From Podarcis tiliguerta (taxonomy: Eukaryota), in NCBI GenBank assembly GCA_965153285.1, contig OZ229111.1: a stretch of DNA of 64,000 bases. One strand, 5' to 3'. The notes under the pieces were generated by a model. That model worked only from the letters and a program-made list of their open reading frames with translations. It was not told the DNA's origin and ran no database searches. Position numbers and translations under genes: made by a program. This document shows, piece after piece, positions 35,791-47,700 of the stretch (position 1 is the stretch's first letter; every line of letters begins with the position of its first letter).

Positions 35791-37611
35791 AATAAAAATC
35801 ATAATGATAAAACATTCCTGGTGTGTGGGTGAAGAATTTTTCAGCCCAAGGGTTGCATTCCCTTGTGGGGCTTCATGCCAGTGGTGGGTGGGAACAAAGG
35901 CAAAAAAGCAGTTAGTGCACTGGACACTTGAGGTCAGGATGAATCAGAGGTTTGCATGTACCGAGATTTCCAGTCAGGGAACAAAGAGGCACAGTCACAG
36001 TTCAAGGCACATTCCAGTCAGGCAAAGGCGATCAGGGGAGGGTATGGAGGAGCAGGATTGGAGACAAGTATGGCCTGAGGACAAGTGTGTCCAAGGAAGA
36101 GCCCAAAGACCAGACAGAGATGCCTCATTTGGCCTCCAGGCCTGAGGTGTCTCCACTCATCCCTTGCGTCTCTGTGAGCAGAGCAGACTGCAGAGATGTG
36201 CTCTATCCAGGGAGGATCTTTATAATATGCAAGCACCCACCCTCCCTGCCTATACCCATTATTGTGACAGGCATTTTACTAGTTAATAAATCATGGCTAA
36301 CTTTAAAAAAACATACACCAAAAACCAGATACATTTTAGGAAGATAGCAACACAGTAAGCAGAGTAGCTAACAATACATAAGCAAACCTCCAATAGTAAC
36401 TTAGAAGGAACTTCTGAATCATTCCTTGTATGTTGCAGTCCAGTCTGGCATATCCAGGGCCTTGCAAGGACACGTAACACAGTAGACTGTAGCACTAGAT
36501 TCACTTCAATCCAGCAAGCCAATAAAGTTTACCAGTTTCCAGAACAGTGCTTGAAAGCAAGATGCACACAGAATCAATAAAATGTCAATCTTGCTGACTT
36601 GCAAGTCCATACCTACTACACATAAAATGTATAAATCATCACAGCTTTTTGCTCTATCACCAGCTGAGCATTTGAAATTTAAGCTGCAAGCTGAGTTCTG
36701 GTCACATGGTATTGTTTCAGGTTCCTCTGAGGATGAGCAATGTTTGAACCAATATGAATTTTGCATTTGTGAGCAAAGGAACGGCAATGCCTACCAATTA
36801 GGTTAAATGTCACAGAGAGATTTGCAGAAACTGATTTAACTTGCACGGTGTGCAAACCAGCGATGGAAATGGATTGCACATCTTGCCAGAATTCCCTCAT
36901 CTTTTGCTGGTATGCTTAAACTCATTGATTGATGTGGTTAAAATGTTTTGGGAGTACTCTGCACCTGGCTAACCATGCCAGCTTTCACCACTGGTTTAAA
37001 AACTAGTACAAATAAGGCAGGTTCTTGGTTCAAAAAAGATGAAATAAAAAATGCCTTGAGACGAGGTTGGTGACTTTTAACAACAACTGTGCATTAAGTT
37101 TTGTGGATAAATAGTAAGAGCTAGTGCTGCCATGAATCATTTCATGCTGCAGTCTTTTTAGAGGTGGTTAAGTTGAATGGCTAGTGTGCAACTGCTGTCA
37201 CACAGGAACACCTCCATAACTGACCTTTGGCTCATTTCTGTGACTGCTTTACTATGGCCATTAAATCATTTCAGAGTCCTACCTGTTCTATGTGTTGTTG
37301 GTCCTCAAGGATAAACATATCTGAAAAACCATCTGAGTACAAGCTAATTTCTTCATCACTTGTCCTGTTGGTGTTGTTCATTTTAAAATTATGAGCATGT
37401 TTAAATCTCATTCAGGGTCAAAGAAGTAGGTTGGTGTTGTGTGGATCAAAACTGGAAGCACAGGAGGGAGAGGGTTAACCCTTGCCTGCCACACCATGCT
37501 GCCCTCCCCTTTCCTCCAAATATAGTGCTTGGCATCCCCCTAGGCATGATCACCTCCACACCTGCCCTTTAAAGTGTGTGTGTCTGTAGGACAAGCATGC
37601 AAAACCAAGCA

Positions 37612-37845
37612 ATGGGTTGTATCCAAAGTAGAGCTATGGGACTTGTTTTGTCAGTGCAAGGATTTCTGCTTGCACAATTAAACTTTCCCCTCTCTTTTGC
37701 CCACCATGCCTCTGCTAAATCTGTTCTAAGGGTTCTCCCAACCCTCCAGAACAGATGTGGAGAGGGCACACATGGGGAAGAAGTGAAGGAGTTCCACCAT
37801 GCAAGCAGAAATCCTTGTACTGACGGAACAAGTGCACTGGATACT
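37612..37845. mobile_element. Foldback/MITE-like element with ~34-bp inverted arms
   Basis: ACTTGTTTTGTCAGTGCAAGGATTTCTGCTTGCA (37641-37674) is the near reverse complement of 37800-37833; outer TGTATCCA / TGGATAC. Confidence 0.6.
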
Positions 37846-39784
37846 GTTCTATGGGTTGTATCTAACTCAGAGAATTGAAATTAATGGTCCCAAGTTAGCC
37901 ATGTCCATTGATTTCAATGGGTTTCCTTGGAGTGTGGCTAATGTTAGTTACAGCTTGGAAGCTAAAGGAGAATGAAAAGCACGGAAGCTGAGATCAGTGA
38001 AATTGTTTTGGATGTAACCAACAACGCCACTAGCTCCAGAACATAAATGGATTGTGCATTATAACCTTGCACACCCTGATCCTATGCATTTACTCATAAG
38101 TAAATCCCACAAAGGGTTTAATTAGATTTGCTTCCAAGTGAGCGAGTATATACGGTAATTTTAACCAAGCAGCATATACATATTTAAGAACATAAGAAGC
38201 TGCTCAATGTCCGTCCACCTGTTCTCACCATGGCCAACTAGACTCTGCAGCAACAGGTATTCAGAAGCAAACTGCTGCCACCCATAGAGGCAAAGCATAG
38301 CCACCATGGCTAGCAGTCACTGATAAGGCAGATTCATGCATGATTAAGCTAATTGTTTTTTAAAGTCATCCAAGTTGGTGGCTATCACTGCTTTGTTTTT
38401 TTAATCTTCTAAGGGACTTACTCTTTAATAAGTGAAATCTGGTCTGCAGCCATAGTGTGTTCCTGTGTACTCAGTTTCACTTTGTTCAATGAAACTTACT
38501 CCGCAATAAGGCATGAAGCCTTAACAATGTAGAAAAATATTAGCTAGTGCAGGTAAAAACCCACTAAAACCAAATACAAACAGCTAAGTGTTGGTGACTT
38601 TTATGTGCAGGGAGACCACTTTCCTATAGAATTGAAACTGTGGTATGTTAATACTCTAGTACATCTCATTTTATTGATATTTATTACTCTAGCTCAGTAA
38701 TTTTAGGGTATAAAACAGCAATTGAGATGTTAAAGAAATGGATAGATGTTTCAGACGTGTTCCCAGTCTGAATTATAGAAAGGGAACAGGAAAACTGTAA
38801 ACCTTGAATCAAAGGAGTGACAGTTTAAATGTTCACTATGAAGCAATATAAATTAAAAAGGTGGCTATGAAGTCCAATTCTCTCCTACCCTATACCTTCT
38901 CCTAAGCCAGCATCTTGCAGATCTCTACTAAGGTTGTTGCTCTAGTCATCGGCAGGGAGAAGCCCATTCTTCCACTGCTAAGAGGGCAGAAAGCAAGCAA
39001 AGGTATGAGGCCATAAACAAAAACACCATCCAGTATTGCTTTTACACAGTACAGTTGTCCTTTGATGACTTGGGACTCTTACTGGACTAAGAGATTTAAA
39101 TTCATGTTCAGCCAAGAACACACTGGGTTGTCTTGATTAAGGGCTGCAATCTTATACCCACCTAACTAGGAGTAAGCCCCATTGTACTTATCATGTACAT
39201 CACCATACCTCTATTTCTCATCTGTAAAATGGAACCTAGTGAGCTACAAAATAGGGTTGTTATGAGGATGCATAAGAATTGAGACGCACTTGACAAAACA
39301 ACATAACATATATTTGTAACGTATATGGAGAATGGTGCCTTGATATTTGAAGGCTGCGACTCCAGGAATCTTTTATTGGTTTGACACTCAAAATAATTCC
39401 TTCCAGTAACGCAACCTTTGTACTACTTGTCAACTTCACTCTGACCTTTTTCTTTTAAAAAAAAAAATGGAGAAATAAATCTTTCTTTCATCACCGGGGA
39501 GGATTTAAGCAGATATCATTGTGCTTTGTTTCTCACATCTCCTAAACTGTAAAATCTTTAAGCCAGGAATGAGTATACAGTCTTGAATTATGCAAAGCAG
39601 AATGGAGCTCACTTACCGCACTCAACAGAGCACCCTCCAGATCAATGGGATTCTGCTCCTGCACTTTCTACAGCTTCTTTTCCAGTCTGAGCTTTCTATG
39701 TTATGGGAATATTGTGTGCTGGGAACCCAGAGGGGTCTAACGGAAGAGCTCACTAGCCTCTGCGTTTGTAGTAAAGTACACTGG

Positions 39785-39790
39785 TTTATT
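39785..39790 (-). terminator. DAG1: Probable distal DAG1 polyadenylation signal AATAAA
   Basis: TTTATT on + at the end of a repeat-free ~2.6 kb stretch downstream of the DAG1 stop. Confidence 0.65.
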
Positions 39791-42410
39791 TAGTTGATAT
39801 GTTTCTTTACAGAATGCAGAAAACACATTTTTAAAATAATTATATAAGGACATAAAAACACATCAGTGGTTGGTGAACACTTTTAATACAAGATTTTCTC
39901 CCACCATTACAGTGTCTAGTGGCATAAATAAACAGCACTGGTGCTTAGGGGGAAGGCGGCTGATGAGAATGCCATTGTTATTATTCTGTTCACTGCCCCT
40001 TCGCCTCCAGTTTCTATGGTGACAGGTAGGCCCAGGCCTGAAACCGTTTGCGCTTGCGCATGACCATTATAAAGTGGCATCAGTTGCTAGGGACAACGGC
40101 ACTGTTTGGAAGGCCCTTCTAACTTGCAGCATTTGGGCTTAGGAGGCTGTGTGTGTTGATAACTTGGAGACATCTGAAATGCAGGCCTGCCAGTATAGAT
40201 TTTGGCACTGTGCTGCCATGGTCGCTAGCTTGTGGGGGGAGGCATTCTTACAAACGTATTTCTAGTGTCTGTTCAAAAGCAGTCTGCCCTAAGTGGTGCC
40301 ACTTAATCCCTTTCCCTTCAACCAGCTCTCCTGTGTCTGGAGCGGAATCCATCGCTTCTCCTCATCTGAGACACACACCAACTTTCAAGCACTGAAGGGA
40401 TAGAGGAGAGGTGTGTTGTTGTTTTTTTAAGGGAAAAAAAACTTTGTAGGGCAAATCTATACCTGTCAAACTAGACAAAGGCTAAACCTGAAGCATTCTT
40501 TACAGTCACCCTCACTTCAACACAAACCCCTCCAGCCCACCTCAGGGGGCAGAAGCAGAGTGCAGAACTATATGGGGCCATAGTCAAATTAACAATTGTT
40601 TTAATAGACAAAATCCTATTCAAGTAGTCAAAAAAAGGCTTGATGGGAAATGCCACCCTAGCAAGTTCAGAGGTGAAGGCCATTTTAGCCATTCATCCAC
40701 TCGTGTGTTAACTGGCCATGTCAGCACACCATCATACTTTGCAAAACAGTCAATATGGCTTAAAAGTGTCTGCTTTGTGTGCAAAGTCAGCCAGAGGCTG
40801 CCCAGCCCCCAGCCAGGGGATGGACTAATTATTGCAAAGGGCTTTTCCTCCCTCTAATGTACCAAAAATAGTCTCAAATGGACAAGAAAAATTAATAACT
40901 CATGCTTAAAATCATTTTGTTGAAAGGGGGGGAGAAAGGCATGGGGGTGACCTTGACAGTCACTCCAACTTCCCAGGAGAGACATGTGGAAGTTCATTTT
41001 TTTAAAAAGGCAAGAAACCTAGACATGGCTCTACTATTTAAAAACAATGACTATGAGAGACCAAAAAGAAAGGGGAAAAAACCCAAAATGAGCAAAGCAG
41101 TCAGTCCCGTTGAATTGATACTAAGAAGCTAAGCTCATACAAACTGCTGGCAGCATTACCATTTTTAATCACTTTTTTTTAATAAAACAATTTGAGGCTG
41201 TATCAAAAATTTAGTAAAAAATTAGAGCTGAGAGTTCACTGATTTTCGCTATGAACTATTTCTGGCGCGCACGTGTTTTTTATTTTATTTTGCCAACCGC
41301 CAGACAGCTACTATTGCGTCTGTGTGTGTGTGCAGAGGACAGCAGTGAGTGATTGGGGGGGAAGAGGGACTGTTCCAATACTGTGGTCCAGGAGGAGTCT
41401 TGATGTGAGGAAACTGCATTACACTACATAAAAATATTGCATCTTCACCAAAATATCTCAAGAGTGTTTCGAAAGCCAAAGGATGCCTTCCAGATGAAAA
41501 ATCTCAGCACAGCACCATGACCCTTGCAGCCTGCAGCTACCACTGTTGGGGCCCCAGTTTCCGAAAGGCAGCAAATGCTGCTACATAGCTAGATTCAACC
41601 CTCTCTCTCGCTTCTTTTTTCTTTTTGGTAATTGCAAAGAGCTCTCCAAACTCCATCCCTTTTTCAGAAACCTACGGCTATCGGCCTGAAATCGGTCCAG
41701 CAACGGCAGGCTGGAGCAACAAGAGCTCGCTCTACAGTTTGCAAAAAGGACCCCAGCTGATGACTGAACTGTATAATGTGTGAAAAAATAGGATTCCTTT
41801 GATTAAAAAAGACGGTCCCTCAGCCTGACTGGCATTGGAAACACCCCTGGAGCTTATTTGTAGTAAAGCATTTCCCCTCCCCCTCCCCATTCTATACATA
41901 CAAGTTTAGGTAACAGCAATTAAATGTAAAAACTTAACATTGACCTCAGAAAGTCCTCCGGTTTTAATTTTTTAGGCTACATTTCATGTTATGCCCTGTA
42001 GCTAGACACACGTGAAATAGAAAAAACAGTACAGTTAGTTTTAAAGGCAAACAGCAGAGACCCAGCGTGCCACCCCTAGCGCTGCCTGCATGTCCAGCCA
42101 TTCTCCCTTTGCACAAGATGCTTCGAGACGCCTGCTGTCAGAAATACTTTTTGAGCCAAGTAGATCCCCCCCCCCTCTATGAATAAACAAAACAAAAGCT
42201 GTTAGGCAAAAATAAAATCAGTGTCCCGAAAATTCCACAAGCACTGTGGTGTAGCAAACGCATTCGGAGAGAGGGCCTGCCGGGACCGGGCTACGTTTGA
42301 GCTTATGTATGTTGGTTTCCTAATTGGTAACGGATTCGCAGGCCACCGACCCCTACAGACAACACTGGTGTGGAACTATAGGCCCCATCTCCGCAAGCGC
42401 CTCTTGTTCA

Positions 42411-44798
42411 TTAAGGGGGGACGTAGGGAGGTGGAGACCTGTATGGGGTCATGTTCTTCGGACGGGAGCCTTTGCCCTCCATGGGTGCTGTAAAGGGAGG
42501 GGGTGGCTGGTAGGGCGGTGCGTTGGGGTCTTCGTCTCGCAGTGGCGTGTACTCTCCTATGGTGTCTTGGTTGAGCGGGGTGGTTTCTGGCATATTCTGA
42601 TTTGGGTACTCTGGGGGCGGGAGAGGGGCTTTCTCCTCCTGTAGAATCAGCGGCATGCTGGAGGAAGGGGGAGGCTTGGAGTCATCCAGCTCATCGGCAA
42701 AGATGATGGGCACTCCCTTCTTGATAAAGGTGGCTTGGTCTTCTATGGTGAGCTTGCCTTTTCTCTTCTTGCGATAGCAAATCATAGCAATGATCCCAGC
42801 AATCAGCAGGATTGCTGCCACCACCACAGCGGGGATGACCGTGTGGAGGTACACATCGTCTTCGCTCGTCTTTTCTGGATCCCGCGGAAGCACAACTGTA
42901 GGCGGTGCCGGTGTAGGAAGTCCTTCTCTATAGAAAGGAATAAACTGAATGCGTCCGCAGCTACCAGCACCAATAACGGAAATATTCTTAGCCGGGAACT
43001 CTGGCGCTAAGGCATTCTTGAAAGCGTGGCTTGGCTTCCCAGAATTATCAGCAATTTTTCTGCTCATGGTGCGAATCATCTCTTTGGGGCATGGATCCAA
43101 AGGCAGAGTATTGTTTGTCCATTCAACCACAATGGAGCCGTTGACAATGTTTTCTATGGTAATAGTGCTACTGTTTCTGTCTCCGAGGGCAAAAGCCAAC
43201 TTCTTCACCAACAAAATTTTCTTATGAATGTCATTGACAACTGTAGTATAGTCTCCCTCTAATGCGGCTTTAAATTTAACGGGAGGCACCTCGTCGGCTC
43301 CAAGACCATGGACAAATATTTCAAATGCATCCACTGTTGAAAGGCCCCCTTTGTCTGTGGCATGCATGAAAAATTCATGCCTGCCTGAGTGTGTGCGATT
43401 GGGTAGTCCATACATTAGCTGACTAGTGCTATTGAACTGCACCCACGAGTTTTCTTCCAACGGCTTCTCATCTTCTAGTTTCATGGTCAACTGCAGTTTA
43501 TCAGTGGTGGTATCTTCCTTGTCATAGAAAGTGTCTGAAGGTATCTTGAGTTCAAAGTAAGTGCCCACCCACGCATCCACCCTGTCAATGTGGTTTTTCA
43601 GTTCTGGCGGATCATTGGGCACACGGGGAGTTCCAACTGTAGTGGTGCGTATGCGAGTTGGTGGCGAAACTCTTTCTGGTGGAATGAAAGGCGATTTAGT
43701 AGTCCCGGGAGTCTTTGGAGGTCGAGGAATTTTGGTGGGTCTGGGAGTTCTTCGTGTCGTGCTCGTATCGGTGGTTGATGGTGTGGACGGTTTTGGCGTG
43801 GTTCTTTTTGGTTTCTTTGTTGTGGGCGGTGTAACTGCTGCAGTAGGTTCAACTTGCCCAGTCACTGTTGGCCGGATCTGGACAGGGGTAGTAGAAACTG
43901 CTTCTATCATTCTGGTTGGCTGAATTGGTCCAAGGGTTGGTGTCTGAACAATGGCACCTCTTGTTCTCATTGTAGCTGTGGGTTTCCTAGGCAATGGAAC
44001 AGGCTCTCTTACTGGAGGAGCTGTTGTTTCAGTGGGAGGTGCAATGGCTGGGGAGGTGGGTGTAGGAACAATTCTAATTGGCGGTTCTTGGAGGGCTGTT
44101 GTCGGAGGTCCAACAGCAGTCACAGGGGTTGGTGTAGCATTAATCTGCCGCCTTATTCTCTTTGGAAGATTAGGCTTCTTGTTCGCAATGTGCCAGCCAA
44201 CCACGGGGTAGCCAAGATGAGCAGACATTGTACCTTCCTTAGCTGGAGATTCAACATTGCTTATGTTTGGGACACTATTCTGGCTCAAAGAACAGCCTAG
44301 TTTCCAAGATAGTAAGGCTCCATTTTCCACCACTTTCTTTGCGTTCCCTGGGCCAGCCATGAAGGCTGACATGTCAAAGAGTCTATTATTTACAACGGGA
44401 ACCAATTTCATGTTATAAAGTTCCACTTCTGAGAAGGTTTTCATTCGGTTTAAAAGTTCAATCCTCTGCTTTGGTGTCATTTTTGTTAAGTCAGCATCCA
44501 AAATCACAGTCAAAATAGTGACTGGTTCCTCTGCGCTACACACAAACGGTGCTACTTCATTCACATCTTGTGAAGCCACCCGTACCGACTGAGGTTCATT
44601 ATGATCTTCTGGGTGAACCTCAATGGAAAAGACATTGGTGGTTTGGGGCACATAGCTTCCATTAGATACCAGATGCATTGAATTCACTGAGATATAATGA
44701 ATGCCTTTATCTGTATCAAGCGGGAGACCTTCCAAGGTGCTACTCTCTGGTTCCCAATGCAACCAAGAAGGCAAAGTTTCTTTCCCAGCTTCGGTAAT
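42411..44798 (-). CDS. DAG1: DAG1 large last coding exon
   Basis: tctctttcacag|[15 protein letters not shown]...PPPYVPP*; 2388 nt. Confidence 0.99.
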   Translation of the reverse strand: MTEAGKETLPSWLHWEPESSTLEGLPLDTDKGIHYISVNSMHLVSNGSYVPQTTNVFSIEVHPEDHNEPQSVRVASQDVNEVAPFVCSAEEPVTILTVILDADLTKMTPKQRIELLNRMKTFSEVELYNMKLVPVVNNRLFDMSAFMAGPGNAKKVVENGALLSWKLGCSLSQNSVPNISNVESPAKEGTMSAHLGYPVVGWHIANKKPNLPKRIRRQINATPTPVTAVGPPTTALQEPPIRIVPTPTSPAIAPPTETTAPPVREPVPLPRKPTATMRTRGAIVQTPTLGPIQPTRMIEAVSTTPVQIRPTVTGQVEPTAAVTPPTTKKPKRTTPKPSTPSTTDTSTTRRTPRPTKIPRPPKTPGTTKSPFIPPERVSPPTRIRTTTVGTPRVPNDPPELKNHIDRVDAWVGTYFELKIPSDTFYDKEDTTTDKLQLTMKLEDEKPLEENSWVQFNSTSQLMYGLPNRTHSGRHEFFMHATDKGGLSTVDAFEIFVHGLGADEVPPVKFKAALEGDYTTVVNDIHKKILLVKKLAFALGDRNSSTITIENIVNGSIVVEWTNNTLPLDPCPKEMIRTMSRKIADNSGKPSHAFKNALAPEFPAKNISVIGAGSCGRIQFIPFYREGLPTPAPPTVVLPRDPEKTSEDDVYLHTVIPAVVVAAILLIAGIIAMICYRKKRKGKLTIEDQATFIKKGVPIIFADELDDSKPPPSSSMPLILQEEKAPLPPPEYPNQNMPETTPLNQDTIGEYTPLRDEDPNAPPYQPPPPFTAPMEGKGSRPKNMTPYRSPPPYVPP

Positions 44799-47700
44799 CT
44801 GTGAAAGAGAAAGAAAGAAAGAGTCACAGGTAGTTACAACATTCGTTAGAAATAAGTATAACAGTAAACTCTGGTCTTTAAAGTTTGTGCAGCAGGCGTT
44901 TAAGAACCCCTCCAGCAAGTACACATGGAATGTAAATCTTGAGCAGTAGCTCAGCTTAGGTCAAAGAGAAAGAAAACAACCAAGTTAATAAATTAAAACA
45001 GGATTGAAAATGGACACTCACTTGGTTGCCTAGGGCCTAGGCTGAGCCCAAGTCACGTACAGGTGACTAGGTAGAGAAACTTTTGTTAAAGGTAATGCTG
45101 GCTCTTTTTGCTTTTTGACTCAATAATTTTATTGATTGATTGATTATATTCAAAGGAGCCCAGGGTGGTAAAACAAGTGATAAAACCATAAAAACATCTT
45201 CAAAACAATTTCAAGACAGATGCAGATGGGTAAAAAATTAACTGAAAAGGCTTGTTGAAAGGGGACGGTCAAATAGGTACCAAAAGGTTTTTCCTAATAA
45301 AAAGAAAACACATAATTGAAACTCTTCAACTATCAAATTTGAAAGTGGTACTTAAGTCATGCACTCAGTGTGTCTAGTGTGTTCCAATGTAGACAGAGGA
45401 CCCTGATTTTTCACTGCTTCTTTACAGTATGCCCAGCCATTTTCATTGGGGCAACATGAGCGAACACAAAGTTCTACCAGAAAAGTGGAAAGATACGTTC
45501 TGTGCCAAAGGGCCACCAGGAGCCAGAAAGAACAAGCAAGAGTCCCCTTTTAAGCTTCCTGCTGGTGGTTCTGTTAGACCAACTTTATTGCTTCAAATAT
45601 ACATAATTGAAACACTCTAGAAAAAGTTTTTGCAGAAACTTAAGGACACCAGTTAAGGATTCAAGTGTACTAAGGTCTCCTGAGACATTTGTATTCAGGA
45701 ACAGAACACTTGATTATATACTTTCTCATAAGTAACTCTGTTGCATGACATGCAGCAGTGGCTAGTTCTCAGAGTCCAATTACATATATGAATGTATGCT
45801 CAAAATCCTCTGGCCTACTTTAGGAAGTGGAAACTTTATGTAAGAAAAAAAGAAAAGAAAAAAGCCCTCCCATATGTCAAAAAAGGATCTTATTAGAAGT
45901 CACTGCACCTAGTTCCTCCTCTTTGATTTCTGTTCCTTATTTCTTCCATTTCCCCTCAATTATATAGCTTTCAGTTATAATCCTGCATTTCTTGGTGTTG
46001 TGGATAGGAAGGAAGGAAGGAAAAGAGGCATGGATGAAACCTGTATACTTTTGTTGGTTTCATGGGAAGCCATGGGACCCAAAATATCAGTTAGCAGACT
46101 GTATGTTTACTGGGATCTTGCTTTTTCTATAGCCATTTGTTATCAGAGTAACTATGTGATAGCATGCCAAGCTGAGTTTTCCTTCTTCAAAATAGATGGG
46201 AAAGCTATATAAAATCTATTTCTGTGCGAATTCCTGTATGCTTTGAAACCAAGAGAGTCCCAGCAACCATCCTGCCTAGCAGGAGGAGGAGGCACCATTT
46301 TGGTTCCATTTCAGGCAGCAAAACATTTTATGACTGCTCTATCTGTGATCTTTACAGTGTATGGTGCACCTTCAGTATTAAAATAATATTTTAAAATAAG
46401 TAGCAATGTTGATTTGGTGTCTAGAAACCGTATCCAACAACAGGGTCATCTTATTTTATTGAGGTTTGGTTTTTTTGCATTCCAATGTATTTTTTTTTTA
46501 TTGGGGTTTTGTTTTTTGCATTACAAGGTATTCTGAGCCCATGAGTAGAATCTGGGTCTTTCTAGGTACAGTTCCAAATGACTTTGCTGCAGTCTAGTGC
46601 ACAGCTGTGATTAAGCTCTCAGAGTTTTTCTAAAGGTCTGTAGAATTCATATATATTTCATGATTTGCCAAAACTCAAATTTATACTTTGCCGCCATACA
46701 GCAAAAATGGATCCATTGCATATGTACTGTACCTCCCTCCTCTTTAAAAAAAAAAAGAAAGCAAAAGGGGAAACATAATAGGTGAACAGAAAAAATAGGT
46801 GAACAAAATAATAATAATACTACTCCCATAACAGATAGATATCCCAATCCCAACATGTTTCAGACTATGCAGTCATTTACTGGGGAAATATTCAATGTAA
46901 ATAATAGTAACTCAGTTGTATCTGCCTTAAGATGGTTCACATTTAACTAATGTGATACATGCAAACTGAGCCTAAATTATGAAAATACTCTCTCATTCTG
47001 GCAAATTGCAAGTATTGTTTAGCCCTCAGAACAGCTAAAGTTGAGGAAACAATTACATTTCAATATCAACAACATTATACAACACACAAACACATTTTAC
47101 AAAAGGAACAATTAAATACTTTTTTTGGAGAAAAATTACATGAATCACTACAATAGATAATGGTTTAGATTTAATTTAGATAAGCTGATTGCGACCAGCA
47201 GTTTTGATTTTATTTTTGGTAAGATGAATACCACAGATAGGTGAATGGAAAAGTTCGTTTTCTCAGAAAACTTACAGTGCAATCCTTTATGTGTCTACCC
47301 AGAAGAAAGCCATTTTCATTTTACTCTATAAAAGCAGGTTGCAGCCTGAGTGTAACACTTTTGTCCCACTGACATCAATGGGAAAATTAAGCAAATGCTA
47401 AAATTCATGAGTTAAAAAATGTTTACTTCTGGCCAGATCATTCCCTGTTTTTCTACAAATACTGCCAACCACCTGAAGGTGCAAACATCTCAGTAAGCAA
47501 AATGCTATCTATGCTAGCTCCTTCTGTCTTGGGTCCTTGATATTAACAGCTTTCTCTTGAGTAGTTAAAAGTGTTTGTGAACATTCTGGGATATCACAGC
47601 AAGGCAGCCCCACTGAGAACATCTTCAGTCAGGGGACAGTATCTGCTAAGTGCTGAATATACTGCTCCCTTTTGAGGATTCATGTTTTTTTAAAAAAATC

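Noticed and set aside
35633-36347. 170-aa and 131-aa ORFs
   Set aside because: Span SINE and DNA-transposon fragments, no homology recognised.
42735-44300. Several + strand ORFs antisense to DAG1
   Set aside because: Shadows of the DAG1 coding strand with no independent evidence.
44799-44924. N-terminal 42 aa of the 837-aa ORF (MYLLEGFL...)
   Set aside because: Intronic read-through; the exon starts at the polypyrimidine/AG acceptor at 44798.
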